Origin: Lama guanicoe
Taxonomy: Eukaryota
NCBI GenBank assembly: GCA_013239625.1
Contig: MU054338.1
Span: 3,309,371-3,373,370, forward strand
Length of the DNA stretch: 64,000 nt
Reading direction: 5' to 3'
The notes beneath the pieces are model-generated. The model did not search any database. It was not told the origin of the DNA and saw nothing but the letters and a program-made list of their open reading frames with translations. Shown here piece by piece: positions 1-13,589 of this stretch. Position 1 is the first letter of the stretch. Every line of letters begins with the position of its first letter. The position numbers and the translations under genes were made by a program.

Positions 1-580
1 CACAAAGCCTGCTCTGTGCAGCGGCTGGGTCTCAGCACCCCGTGCTCACTGTCCCTCGGTTCTCAAGGGACAAAATCCGGACCCTCACCTGACCCGGGGC
101 CACAACGTCCACCTCGCGCTGCTCTCAGCGCTGACTGCGAGGCCCACGCTCCAGGACTCGTCCTCGTCCCCTTCCCTGGGGTGCCCCCCACCCCCCAGTG
201 TCTGCTCTGACGGCATCTCCTCATAGAAGGGCTCTCTGGCGCGTCACCCCGAGTGCCGCTTCCTGATTCAGTACAGCGCACGTGGGCACACACGGGGACA
301 CACCACCGTTCACTCCCTGCTGTCTGTCGCTCCCAGCCTCCCTTGCTCACTGGGATCATCTGTGCGTGTCTGGGAGTCTCTGCTCTCACACAAACGTCCT
401 GGGACAGCAGGCTCGTCTGCCCCTCACACGCTGTCCCCGGCCCGCATGGTGCGCTGCCCGCGGTCGGTGCTGTGGGCGTCTGCGGAGCCGCGGAAGGACA
501 AGAACTGTCAGAACCCGCTGCCCTCCTCCTGCTCCCAGTCCCTGGCTTGTGGTCCGATCTGGGCACCCCAGGCCGGGTAG

Positions 581-988
<408 letters not shown>

Positions 989-2029
989 TAGGGTGACGGG
1001 AAAGCTCAGCTGGGCCTCTGTGTGGGACCTGGTTACAGCCGTGGGCCAAGCTTAGGAGGCAAGGAAGGAACCCGGTGGTTTGCAGAGTCTTTGCTGCCTG
1101 ATCGCAGCGCGGCCCCTGCCCTGGTCCGGCGTCCCTCGCTCGGCAGCGGGCCTAGCAGCCTGGCCACAGAGCGGTTTTCAGAAGATGGCATTCCCTCCCT
1201 TCTCCCAGGGGCCTTCGAATTCTCGGTTGTCCCAGTGCTTTTCTTCTTGAGTTTCTTTCACTCCATCTTCCTGGAGACCTGGGAGCCCGAGTTCTCAGCT
1301 GGCTGGACTGCCCCTGGGTCCTCCACGTCCAGTCCCTGTGCTGTGCTGGGGGGGCCCTGGAGACACCTGGGAGAGCAGGACGGGGTGCCTGACCCCTCGG
1401 CCTGCAGGCCTGTGCTGTCTGTGGCCTGTCCAAAGGCGAGTCCGGCCCTGCTCGAGGCTTGATGCCGAGGCCCCGGAAGGTGCTGGTGTTAAGCAGAGGG
1501 AGGTCTGAGCGGGGCCGTGTTTTCAAGGGATGGTTTAACATTGGGGGACCTCTGATAACCTCCAGTGGATCTACTGGGGTTAATTTCCAACCTCCGAAGC
1601 CTACCTCTGTCCTGGGTGTGTTCTGCATGGGAAGCGTCTGGGCTGAGATCTGGCCTCTCCACTCCCCGGGGGGCCCCTCTGCCTCCTGGCACCCCCACAC
1701 CAAGGCCCTGTGAAGGTGGTCTCTGGTCGGAACACTTATCGACTCAACCCTGCTCTCTCGTGCTCTGGGCACCATGTGGTCTCGAGTGGGTGGGCAATAA
1801 AGCTGCTCATCCCAGCTTGTGGCTCTGCTGCCCGGTTTATGAATTGTGACTTCTAAGAAGGGAATTTGACCCCAACAGCCTGACGGGGTGGGAGAACTGA
1901 AGTTCACGTGCTCTTGTGTGGGATGGGTTTGAAGTCAGATGCCTGATTATCATTTTCCATGGAGAGTTTTGGAAAGTTTGAGCTAGTTGGATTGGTTTGT
2001 TCATTTGTTGATTCTCTGACTTACTGTTT

Positions 2030-3270
2030 GTTTTTTTAAGCATCATTGAGTTATAATTCACACAATTCACCCATTTAAAGTGCACAGTTCAGTGCTTTTT
2101 GGTGTAGTCACAGAGTTGGACAGCCATCACCACAGTCAGTTTTAGAACTTTTTCATCACCCCAGAAAAGAAGCCCCATCCCCATGAGCAGGCATGCCCCG
2201 TCTCCTCCCCGGCCCCTGGCAGCCAGGAGCCCCTCCCTGTGTCTGCGGACTGGCCTGTTCTGGACGCCTCACGTCCGTGGACTCACGCACTGTCGTCCTG
2301 TGTCTCCTTCTCTCGCTGGGCATCGAGTCCTCAGGGTCTGTCCACGTGGTGGCGAGTGTCAGTCCTTCTCTCCTTTTCGTGGCCGAGTAATGCTTCGTTG
2401 TGTGGATGGACCATATTTTCTTATCCATTCACCAGCTGATGGACACTTGAGTTGTTCCCCTGTTTAGCTTTCATGAGTAATGTTGCTGTGAATGTTCATG
2501 TTCAAGTCTGTGAGCAGACACGTTTTCATTTCTCTTGGGCTCATACCTGGGTGTGGAGTTTCAGGTCACATAGTAACTCCGTGTTTAACTTTCCGAGGAA
2601 CTCTGATTGCTTTTGCCAAAGCAGCCGTCGTGCGTGAGGGTTCTGGTTTCTCCGCACTTGGCCCACACTTGTTACGGTGTCTTTTTAACTTCAGCCATCC
2701 TGATGGGTGTGAAGTAGGGTCTCCTTGTGGCTTTGGTTTGCATTCCTGGTGGTAATGATGTTGAGCAGCTTTTCACGTGCTTGTTGACCATTTGTATTTC
2801 TTCTTTGGAGAAATATCTATTCGGGTGTGTTACCCATTTCTAAGTGGGTTGTTTGTCTTTCTATTATTGAGTTGTGAGAGTTCTCCATGCACTCAGGATA
2901 CAAGTCCCTTACCTGACAGGTAATTTTTTAATGTTTTCTCCCATCCTGTGGGTTGTCCTTTCACTTTCGTGGTTGTGTCCTTTGGAGCACAGGAGCTTTT
3001 AACTCGATGAAGGCCAGTTTATCTGTTGTTTTCTCCTCTATTGCTTGTGCTTTGGGTCTCTTATTTAAAAATCCTTTGCCAGTTCCAAGGTCGTGAAGAT
3101 TTGCCCTTATGTTTTCTTCTAAGAATTTTACAATTTTAATTCTTACCTCTAGGTCTGTGATCCATTTTGAGTTAACTTTTATATATGGGATGAGGAAGGA
3201 GTCCAAATTCATTCTTTTTCATGTGGAAGTCCAGTAGTTCTAGCAGTGTTTGTGGAGAAGGCTATTCTCT
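2030..3270 (-). mobile_element. Old LINE-1 (L1MB-like) 3' end plus ORF2 C-terminal remnant
   Basis: Minus-strand peptide 2961-3212 (PYIKVNSKWITDLEVRIKIVKFLEENI...LHDLGTGKGFL) is decayed L1 ORF2; typical L1M 3' UTR at 2040-2460. Boundaries approximate. Confidence 0.88.
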
Positions 3271-3271
3271 C

Positions 3272-3324
3272 TATTATTATAATAATAATAATAATTATTA
3301 TTATTATATTATTATTATTATTAT
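3272..3324. repeat. (ATT)n/(AAT)n microsatellite with internal inversion, at the tail of the adjacent L1
   Basis: Directly visible: tattattat aataataataataat tattattattat attattattatt... Confidence 0.95.
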
Positions 3325-4335
3325 TTTTAATAGACTTTACGTTTTGGAGCAGTTTTAGGTTCACAGCAGAGCAAGGGACGGAGGGTTCCCGTATGCTCGC
3401 TGCCCGCCACACCCACAGCCTCCCCCGCGGTCAGCATCCCCCACCAGAGCCATGCGTGTGTTACCTGGATGCCTGGGTTCACACAGGTCCATGGTTCAGT
3501 CTTGGTTGTGTGCTTTCTGGGGGTCTAGACAAATGTGTAAGGACTTCCACTCAGCATTGTGGGGTCATACACGGTAGTCCCTGCCCTGAAACTCCTCTGT
3601 GCTCTCCTGTCTGTCGCTCCACCTCCTCCAGTCCGTGATCTTTTTAGTGTCTCCATAATTTTGTCTTTTCCAGAATGTCCTGTATTTGGAATCATGTAGT
3701 ATATAGCATTTAAAATTCCTCCTTGTCCTCTCATGGCTTGATAGCTTGTTTCTTCTTAGAGCTGAAAACCAATCCATGGCCTGCATGTATCACGGTGTAT
3801 TCACCTACTCAAGGACATCTTGGTTGCTTCCAGGTTTGGGCAGTTATGAATAAAGCTGCTATAAACAGCTGTTGCAGGTTTTTGTGTGGACATAAGTTCT
3901 TGGCTCCTTCATGTAAATACCAAAGAGTGCAATTGCTGGGCCGCACGGTGGGAGTTTAGTTTTGTAGCCTGTCCTCCAGCGTGGCTGGAGCCCCACCAGC
4001 GGTGCCGGCGTTCCTGCGCTCCACGTCCTCGCCGGTGTCGCATGCTCTCAGGCCTCTGCAGTCGGGCCGTTCTCGTCGGTGTGTGGCGGCGCCTCACTGT
4101 GGGTTTAACACACGTTTCCTTGATGACGTGGGACGTGGAGCCTCTTTTCACGTGCTGAGCTGCCCTCTGTCTTCCCTGGTGAGCTGTCTCCTCAGGTCTT
4201 TGGCTCAGGTTTGAGTAGGTTTTCTCACTGTTGAGTTTGAAGAGGTCTTCCTATATTTTGGGTGCCTGTCCTTTACCAGATGTGTGTTTTCCAAATAGTT
4301 TCTTTGAGTCTGTGCCTTAACTTGTCATTCTCTCA
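3325..4335 (-). mobile_element. Old LINE-1 (L1MC-like) 3' fragment
   Basis: tttaatagacttt...gagcagttttaggttcacagca terminus and downstream L1 3' motifs (ggacatcttggttgcttccaggtttgggcagttatgaataaagctgctataaac). Confidence 0.82.
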
Positions 4336-4413
4336 AGGACCCAAAATTACTGTTTTTAAATAAAAATTCAGAAATTGGAGCCTCATCCCATGAGAACGTC
4401 TGGGTTTGCTCTT

Positions 4414-4547
4414 TTTTTTTTCTTTTTTCTGGGGTCGTAGGGAGGTAATTAGGCTTATTTGTTTTTTAATGGAAGTATCGGGATTGAACCCAGGGCCCTG
4501 TGCATGTTAAGCACGTGCTCTACCCCTGAGCTAGACCCTCCCTTCCC
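4414..4547 (-). mobile_element. tRNA-derived SINE (camelid vic-1-like) with 12-bp TSD
   Basis: Reverse strand has A-box TAGCTCAG, B-box GGTTCAATCC and an A-rich tail; TSD GGGTTTGCTCTT at 4402-4413 and 4548-4559. Confidence 0.9.
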
Positions 4548-4724
4548 GGGTTTGCTCTTATGTGCCGCCTATAGGTGGCCACAGCGATGGCCTCACAGAG
4601 GGTTTGGCTGCCAAGTGCAGGCTCAGCGGGGCCAAGGCTGAGCTCAGCGGGTGAGCCTGCCATAGGTTCTAGAAGAGAATTCAGGGCTTTGGTGCATGCG
4701 TTTGCCGTGCCTGACCTGGAGCAG

Positions 4725-4800
4725 CAGTCTCCTTTTTCAGATGGGGAACCTGAGGCCCAGAGCAGAAAGCTACTTGCCCCAGTCACAGATGCATTATCAC
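4725..4800. mobile_element. MIR core fragment
   Basis: ttttcagatggggaacctgaggcccagag...acttgccccagtcacag resembles the MIR core. Confidence 0.6.
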
Positions 4801-5483
4801 CAGCTTGGTCTAGACCGCAGGTCCCCTGCCTGGAGCCACGCTGTGGCCACGTGGGCTGGACGGCAGGGCGAGTGACAGGGCTTTGGTGTGGCGACTGGTT
4901 GCTGGTGCTCCCTGACCTTGGGCAGCTTCTGTTCGAGGTGACCCTGGGTTTCTCATGCTCATGCAGTGAGGGTCTGATCGCCAGCCCCCTCCCCCACCTG
5001 TGGGACAAGAAGGACACTCCGCATCTCAACCGCCCCGAGGGTTCTCTGGGGACTGGAAGTCTATGAAAGCGGATTTTTATGAGCTCTTATGACCAGGCGG
5101 GGTTTCTTTGCTTGTGGCATTGGGAACAGATGAGCCTGGGGGTGGGGGTCCCAGCCTCGTTTGCCTGGTCCTGAGCGCCGTCTCCTCCCGCTGTGGGAAG
5201 GCGTGGTGGGGGGGGCTGTCTGGCCCTGTTGCTGGGGAGCCCCCACCTCGGCATCGCCTTCCTCCTTGGGTGTCACTGAGTTCAAGGCACGTTAATCATT
5301 CGCAGCCAAACCATGGCCTTCATTGCCTGCAATTAAGGTACAGCTTACCGTGGGATCCAGAGAAAATCACGCCTGGCTGCCAGGCACAGGGCAGGGGGCT
5401 GAGTTCTGCGGGATGTGAGCAGCCCAGGGTGGGCTTTGGTTGCTGGGTGGGCAAGGCTCTGAAGTGGGCAGGTCTGGGGCTGA

Positions 5484-5813
<330 letters not shown>

Positions 5814-6904
5814 TGAGGGTGGGCCGCAGCCCCGCCGGCCGCTTCTGAGGTGGGAGGGCGCAAGGGTGGGTGGCCGGGTGGGCTGGAGGATGGCTTTCAT
5901 GCGGCGCCCTGGGGGTGCAGCCGGGACTGTCGGGTGGGGGAGGCAACAGCTAGGAGGCTCTGGTAGCTCTAGAGGAATGCATGTCCCCCAGAAATGAGCG
6001 ACCTGACCCCCGAGCCTGTGGTTTGCCCCTGCAGTGCCTCCCCCTGGACGGTGGCTCGTGCCTGGCTTCCTGTAGCTCCTCCTGGGCACCGCGCCACGTG
6101 GAGGCTCTGGGGCCGCGGGCAGGGGCCAGGGGGCCGTGCGCACTTAGCCTCCCCTCACTTCCCTCTTGGCTTCCCGTTCCAGGGTGGGCTTAGCAGCAGG
6201 CCCCCTGCTGTTTGCAAGCTGGAGGGTGGTGGTGGGCGTGCCAGGCCCTGACGGCCGCTCTGTCAGCAGTGAGCCCTGCAGGCTGGATCGGACATTCTGG
6301 AGTCTCTGAGCTGAGTGCTCACCTCACACGCGTGCAGCTTCTGCTGGCAGGACGGCTGGAGCCGCTCTGCTCACTGTCGTCTCTGGCAGAGACTTCTGAG
6401 CTGGGGCCTTGGCAGCTCCCAGCCTCTCCCCACTGTTGGAAGGTTCTGTTGTCACAATGATCATTCTGGCTCCCAGGGGGGCGGAGGAAGCAGGAGCCTG
6501 GGAGCAGATTGTGGGGCTTGGGAGCTCAGCTGGTGAGCCCTCTTCTTTCTATACAAGGTGTGGGGGACATGGCACAACAGGGACCCAGGTGGACCCTGGC
6601 CAAGCCTCCCCTACCTTGCTGTCCCAGTGGAGAGCTGAGCCCCGAGTGGCTGAGCCTGTGCCCTCTGGCCCAAGGGAGGCCCTGCCCCCTTAAGTCACCA
6701 GGACACCCTGGAGCCCTTGGCTGGAGGGGTAGGAGCAGGCCCTCTGAGTGGAGGGCTTGGAAGCGAGGAGGCGGCCTGGGTGGGACACAGTCTGTGTGAC
6801 CACCCTCTCCTCGCCTCTGATGTGGACAGAGCGGAGCCCCCACTCTGCTGGCTGGCAGTGGTTCCCACTCAGATGGCTAGGGAAGTTGGGCAGCAGTGTG
6901 GTTG

Positions 6905-7235
6905 GCTCTGTGGGTTTCCCAGGGCTGCTGTAAGAAAGGACCGCAGATCTGGTGGCTTAACTCAGTGTCCGTTTGTTCCCTGATGGTCCTGGAGTAAGGA
7001 GTCGGACCCAGTCTCACGGGGCTGAACCCAGGCATGGGCAGGGCTCGTTCCTATGCGGGCTCCGGGGGTTGGAGGGGGATCCATTTCCTGCCTTTTCCAG
7101 CTTCTACAGGCGCCACATCCCTGGCTCGCGGCCCCGTCCTCCATCCTCCCCACCAGCAGTGCAGCATCTCCCACTTCTGACTCTTACCTCCCGCCTCCCT
7201 CTGATAAGGATCCTGAGATCAGGGTCTTTGGGGCC
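6905..7235 (-). mobile_element. MLT1 (ERVL-MaLR) solo LTR remnant
   Basis: tttcccagggctgctgtaa...tggtggcttaa...tccatttcctgccttttccagcttct...cctctgataagga, typical MLT1 blocks. Confidence 0.7.
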
Positions 7236-7810
7236 GTTACCCTGCTGCCCGCAGGCCTCTGGCCTTTGAGTTGTGCTGCTTTGTGCGTTGGCTGGTATCC
7301 TGTTCCAGTTCCATGGGCTTCCTGTTTTTAGTCCACCTCTCTCCTCTCGTGGCCTCCTGTGGCTTTGCATCAGCCCCTGATCATCAGAACCTCCAGCCCG
7401 GGAGGTATTTGCCTTTTGGGGAAAATCTGGGGAGAGATTGATGGGATGGCTGATAATGGTTGAACAAAGGTCTGAATCTCATGCCCACCAAGTGTGGTCT
7501 GGCACACCAGAGTGGAAGTGTCTCCTGGTCAGTGATGCCGTCCCAGAGCTGCCCAGGTGGCCCCAGGGGCTGTGCAGCCACCCTGTCCCTCCCCTCCTCC
7601 CTCCACGGCGAGGCTGGGCTGGGACTGCATGGAGGCCCCTGAGTTCTGCTGCAGGCCCACACCTGTGGGGTGAGGAGGATCTGCCCCTTCCTGGGGGGCT
7701 CTGCCTCCCCCACCTCCCCTAGCTCACAGCAGGCAGTGTCCTCCCCACGGGCCTGGTGGGTTGAATGCAGGCTCCTTGTCCAGATGGATCCACAGACTGG
7801 GGCCGCGTCC

Positions 7811-8151
7811 ATGTGTGCTTGTGTGTGTGAGTGTGTGTTTGTGTATGTGTTTCTGTGTTTCTGTGTGAGTGTATGTATATATTTATGAGTGTGTTTGTGA
7901 GTGGTTGTACACGTGGTGTGTGAGTATGTGTATGTGTATGTATATGTGTGTATCAGGTATCTGTGAGTGTGTGTGCGTATGCGTGTATATGTGTATCAAG
8001 TATATGTGTGTGTGCGTGTATCTATCACACATCTATTGTGTGTGTGAGCGTGTGCATGCATGTATCAGGTATCTATGTGTATGTGTGTGAGAGTATGCGT
8101 ATACGTGTGTATCAGGTACCTATGTGTGTGTGTGTGTGTGTGAGTGTGTGT
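7811..8151. repeat. Degenerate (TG/TA)n simple repeat, about 340 bp
   Basis: Directly visible alternating purine-pyrimidine tract with a recurring gtgtatcaggtatct subunit. Confidence 0.95.
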
Positions 8152-8275
8152 ACTGCTGGGCCCAGCTCGCTGGCCTGGGGGGTGCCCTGCAGTGGGGGCG
8201 GTGGCAAGAAGGGCAGTTGCCTGCCTGGGTCTGAGTATCCTCCTCCCAGTCCTGCCCCGGCGCAGCTCCCCTGGG

Positions 8276-8293
8276 GGCCACTAGATGGCGCTC
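8276..8293 (+). promoter_or_regulatory. CTCF binding motif
   Basis: GGCCACTAGATGGCGCTC matches the core consensus CCASYAGRKGGCRS; cgcagctccc just upstream resembles the upstream module. Confidence 0.6.
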
Positions 8294-10986
8294 CCGCCCT
8301 TCCCACTGGCGCTGTGGTGGAAATTTCCCAGGTTCTTTCGTCTTTTTTATAGACTCCTCCACCCAACCCGGCTGTGATCTTTCCGGAGGCCTCCTGGGAA
8401 CAGCAGCGGAAGGAGAGGGAGCCTCTGCCGGGCGGGTGGTGGGAACACTCAGCTCCACTTAGCCCTGGGCTTGGCTGGGGTCTCCCAGACACAGGGGTCC
8501 TAAGGGGAGAAAACCCACCTTTTCCTTGAAGAAGAAAGAAAGAAGCCACTGCTGGGTCCCGGCACGTGCTGGCTGAGGCGATCAGTGGCCAAGTGTGTTC
8601 TGGGAGAGTTGGGGAACATGTGGCCCCAGGCAGCAGGGAAGGCACCCCGGGGGAGGAGAGAGCAGGTGGGGGTGGCAGAGAAGCAGCTGGGGTCGAGTGC
8701 GATTGGAAGACAGTGGGACTGGGTTTGTGAAGGTCCCTGAGAGGGGAGATACTGGGAACGTGAGGGACAGCAGCCCCCAGGTGACGCAGCTGGGCTGATG
8801 CTCTGCTCATCCGCCTCCTGTCGCCTGTGTCCCCCAGGACAGCCCCCCGCACACCTGCCCCCTGACGCTGTACCCCTGGTTTGCCGGGGATGGCCCCTGG
8901 TGTCCACCCACCACCCACCTTTATCTTCCCCGCAGCCCAGTTCCCGAGAGTGCTGGGGATGCAGGGGGGACAGCGCTGAGCACAGAGAGGGAACACTCCA
9001 AAAGGCATTTGACCTGGAGCTTGGTTTCTGGTCCTGTGGGATGGGATTGAATGAGGGTGTCCCTCTCCCTGGCTGAGTGTGGCTGGTGTCCAGGGCCTCT
9101 GTGCCGCCCGCCCTGTCCCCCTATCCAGTCAGCCAGCTCAGCCATCGTGCGGGAGCCCTTCCTGCCCTCTCCCCGGGACTAGGGTGGGGACCCCAGATGT
9201 TGGCACGGCACCCCATGCTCAACCTTCAGAGTGACCCACCTACTGGCCGTGTCTGATGTTGGTGTCAGTCTTCCCCTGCCAGGCAGGGCCCTCAGTTCCC
9301 CTCTTCCCCATGTTGCCATCCCCAGCAGGGACCTGGCACAGAGCAGGGGCTCGGTGACTATCAGGAGACCTGGGTGCTGGGACCACAGTCACCCCGTTGC
9401 CTCTCAGAGCCCCGCTGCACTGAGGTCTACATTGTGTGGAGCCGGTCTCCCGTCTGCAGTGCCTCTTGGACCTATGAGGACATCAGCCTGGGTCTGGGGC
9501 AGGTGAGGTGTCCTTTTGTCCCAGGGCCAGGAGCTCAGGGAGCCACTAAGGGTCTCTGGGAGAGTGGTGGCCCCACGTCCTGCCCTTCCCCGGGCCCTGG
9601 GGACTTGTTCTGCACAGGCTGTGCTCACACGTCTGTCTCCCTAATTACACCGCTGTGCTCTTCTGGCGTCTGCAGAGTTTAATTGCAAACATCTCGGAGT
9701 ATTTCGGCAGCACTTTTTTTTTTTTAAGTGTCAACTTACCCAGGTTTACAGCATCTTATGGAGCCTTTCTGGGTCTGTTGCTACTTTGGTTGTGTGATTT
9801 GTGTGTCAGAGTGATGTGAACAGCCTGGTGTTGATAAGAGCAAGGAATTTGCTCCGAAAGAGCAGCATTACGTGGTGCTTGTGCTCAGGCAGCGAGGCTA
9901 AGAATATCTGAAGCATTTCAGAGCTTGAAAATCCCTTTAGGGATGGGGATTTAAAATAGACCTGGCCCTCTGCCGCCCAGACGGTCGGGCAGCGAGGCCA
10001 GGAGGTCGTGGCCATCGGGAGGAAGGCAGAGGGGTCCTTCCTGAGGTTCTGTCTGATTCAGAGGATTCCTCCTGCAGGGCCGTGCCAGGCCAGACGCCTG
10101 CACCACACTGCCCCCCATCAAGGTCCTCCTGGAGCCCGTGTGTGCTGGTTCAGCTGTCCCAGGACCAGTCCGCCTGCCCGCCTCCCTCATGCCTGCAGGA
10201 ACTGTGGATGAGCGCTGTCCTATCCACACAGCACCTGGCACTGCCCAGCATGCCCACGGGGGTGTGGGTGGAGGGCATGCCGTGGGAGGGCCCCAGGGTG
10301 GGATAGACAGTGTTCCCCCCGGGAGTGGTCTGGGCCATGACCGTGGCCTTCAGGCAGGCCCTTGACTCTGCAGTTGGTTTTCTCTCGGCTTCCCCAGCTC
10401 CTCCCGTTCTTTGGCTTCTGTTTGCCTGGGCATCCAGCTCCCCAGGTCAGGGCCAGAGGAGAGGGTCTCTGGGATTGTGCCCCCACAAAGGAAGCCCCAC
10501 TCTCGCTTGGACGGTCCTGGGGTGTGATGGGCGGACCCCTCCTGGCAGTAGGTAGAGGGGATGCTTTGCTCCCTCCCTAACCTGTAAGAAGCCTGAGTGC
10601 GTGGCACCAGGGCACGTTGTTGAGAAGTTCTCCTTTTGATTCAGTTGCACCTACAGTTTTTCTCTGGCGCTTTCACTCAGGGGAGTTTCACAGGAGAGGA
10701 TTGGGCAGCCTTTCTTTTGCTGCTGGGAAACTTGACACTCAGCAGGCCCAGTCATCTCTGCCTGCACTTCGTACCTGGAGGTGGGCTGTGTGCGCGCATG
10801 TGGGAGCGTGTGTATACACACGTGTGCATGTGTGCACCTGTGCACATGTGAGGGGGTGTGCAGGTGCTGGCCTGCTTCAGAGCGAGGCTGGATGTACTGG
10901 GCTCAGGGTTCAGGGGCCCGCAGCCTAAGGAGGCAGAGCAGGGATCTTTGTGGGGAGGCAGCTGCTGGGCTGCTCTCTTGTCCCTT

Positions 10987-10988
<2 letters not shown>

Positions 10989-11024
<36 letters not shown>
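10989..11024. repeat. Poly(C)36 homopolymer
   Basis: Directly visible. Confidence 0.95.
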
Positions 11025-13589
11025 AGGTGTTGATTCATTCCTGCCTGTGAACCTTGGGGGACGGCGCCTCCCTCCCGCCTCCCCAGCCGCACACAGCAGG
11101 CTCCCCGGGTCTGGCTGCAGGTGGCGCTGCTGGACCACAGTGCTGCCGCTGTCCCCTGCAAGGGCCTCTGCTTTGTCCCCAGCCACAGAATGGGGAAGTC
11201 TGGGGGTGACAGAGCCAAGCAAAGCCAGCCCAGGCAGCAGCCCCAAAGGCCGGTGCTGGAGAGTGCTGGGCCTGGAAGAGGTCCCTGTGTGACCTCAGGG
11301 CTTCCGAGAGCTGGCCACCGGGGGGACGGGGGGCCTTCCCTGACTCAGGCATAGCCCCTCCTCCAGCGACGTGGGTGGCTCCTCCCCACCGCCTTTGCCC
11401 CGTGGTGACAGGGAGGGCTGGCGGGGCGTCCATCTGGACTGGAGATTGGTGCGAGTCTGACAGCTTCACAGACTGGCCTCAATAACTCAGCTTCCCAGCA
11501 CCGAACCCTGTCACCAGTACAAGATGCGGGGGAGGTAGATGCCCTTCCTCCTCCCCTCACTCGCAGGCCTGCTGGGCTCTGGGGACGGAGCTCGGGTGGA
11601 AGAGACCTGCCAGGACGAGGGCGGCCTGTAAACAGGTGTGGGAACCAGCCAGGCTCCCCGTCCTCAGCCCCAGCTCCTGAGCCAAGGTGACAGAAACACA
11701 GCAACAGAAACAGTGTTTTCGGCAGAAAACTCCCCAGGAGATCAGACTGCCAGTGAGTAGAGAGGTGTTGGGACCCCTGTTTGTTATAAGGTAACAAGGA
11801 CGGTGGCAATGTCCTCCTGTCCAAGGCCCGGCCCCTGCTCCCCTGCCCTCTGCCCAGCAGCCTTGCCCGAAGCTGGTCGTTGGGGTTTTTACGAACGGGG
11901 CCTGGGGGGGTCCCCTTTCTGCAGACAGGCCCTCCTTCTACAAGAGTATAGCTGTTGTCCCAAATGGCCAAGTGTGGCCCTGAGAGTGGCGAGCAGGACT
12001 CACCAAGGCCATCTCCCCGGCCCGTGGGTCCTGGGTCTGAGGCTCTGCAGTGTGTTGTTGGGCCCGCTGTGCACTCAGCTTCCCTGTTTGAGGTACAGGG
12101 CCACGAGCAGCAGGGAGCACCTTCTCGGTCATCTCTTTTGATGATGGCTGTGGCCACAGCGGCAGCCTGGTCATCCTTTATTCCCTGTGTGCCTGACCCA
12201 CGTACTCACTGCCTCCTTCCAGGGCACAGGGTGACTTTGGTGTAGGGTGACCAGTGTGACTACCTTGGCTATGGAGCTGGAGTCTTGTGTCCTGGACGCT
12301 TTCAGACCCTGGCAAACCACGGCTCTTGGGCACCCTGGAGCATGCATGCGTGTCGTGTGCTCACACGTGCACTCAGTGCACGGGTGTGCAGGACGTGTGC
12401 GTGCATCTCAGGGAAAGGAGAGTCCCCACACAGGCAGTTTGTGAGTCTGGTCCCCAGGCACCCCTCCCCTGCCCCACCCCGGGGACTATGCCCAGAAGAC
12501 AGGAGACCTGGTGAGGTGACTCAGCCGCGGGGCCACGAGAACCTGGGCCAGGAGCTTTCAGGTGGGCTTTGCAGCTGCGAGCCCTGGAGTTTGGCGTCAC
12601 ATCCCTGGGGCAGCACTGGGTTAAGTGGTTTAACACAGGGCCAGGAGGGCCTGAACACATGGGGGCTCACGGGCAGGACAGCCGTGGTACCTCTGGCCTG
12701 GGTCCCTCCCCATCCTCCCTAGAGAGCCCGTGGCCCGCTTTTGTCGGGACCACGATGTCATCCTTGCTGCCACCAGCCGAGCCTTTCTGCTTATCAGGAT
12801 CGCTTCATAAATCTAACACCAGCGGCTGGTTTGGGCATTCGAAAATTAACTCCTGATGCTGGAGAGAACTTCGAGCCTCGGAGTGGGGCACCACGTGCCG
12901 TTGGGCTGTGAGAAGAGGACCATGTCTTTCACCCCCCGTGGGAATGACAGTGAGTGATTTTAGAGAATTTTGTGCAGCCTGGCATGGCTTGGTTGGAGTC
13001 ACAGATCAGCCCAGTCGTCTGACTGCCACTTGCCAGACTATACTCTTAGTAGCCTGGAGCTGCCCCAGCAAAGCCGGACAGTTATGTATGTGACAGCCCG
13101 TGCCGTGTGCACCTTGGGGGGATGGGGGGATGGGGGCCTGGGAAACCCGACGTTTAGGGGCGCTTACCTGGGGGCTCCCGCTCAGCAGCGGGGTCCGTCC
13201 CCGCAGGCTGGCTCCTTGAATCTGGCACTGGCGGGGACAGACACAGTTGGTGTTTGTTCAGGGAATGCAAAGCGATTTTAGCATCACGCTCAGCAGAGGA
13301 AGGTCAGCCTTCTGCTAAGGAAAAATCTCACCATATGCTCTCCTCCAGAGCCAGTGAGGCTGGGTGGGGGATTTGCTGATACTCCAGATAATTCGATGAG
13401 TCTGGACAGCCGAGTGTCACCGCAGCCGATGGCTTTGCTTCCTGCAGGTGGGGTGGGCTGTGGGAGGGCTCACGACGAGACTGCCCAGTGCAGACGGTCC
13501 ACTGTGAGCTCTTCCTGGGTCCTTCTGTTTGTCACAGCCGTGTCTGTTTATCCAGTTCTGTGGCATACTCCCTCTCTCTCTTTCTTGGA

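Noticed and set aside
2961..3212. ORF resembling a retroelement protein
   Set aside because: Short decayed fragment of L1 ORF2 C-terminus, not an intact gene.
3209..3638. Poly-Ile/Leu/Asn ORFs that look like signal or transmembrane peptides
   Set aside because: Translation of the (ATT)n microsatellite.
7670..8352. Cys/Val-rich ORFs suggestive of metal-binding proteins
   Set aside because: Translation of the (TG)n repeat.
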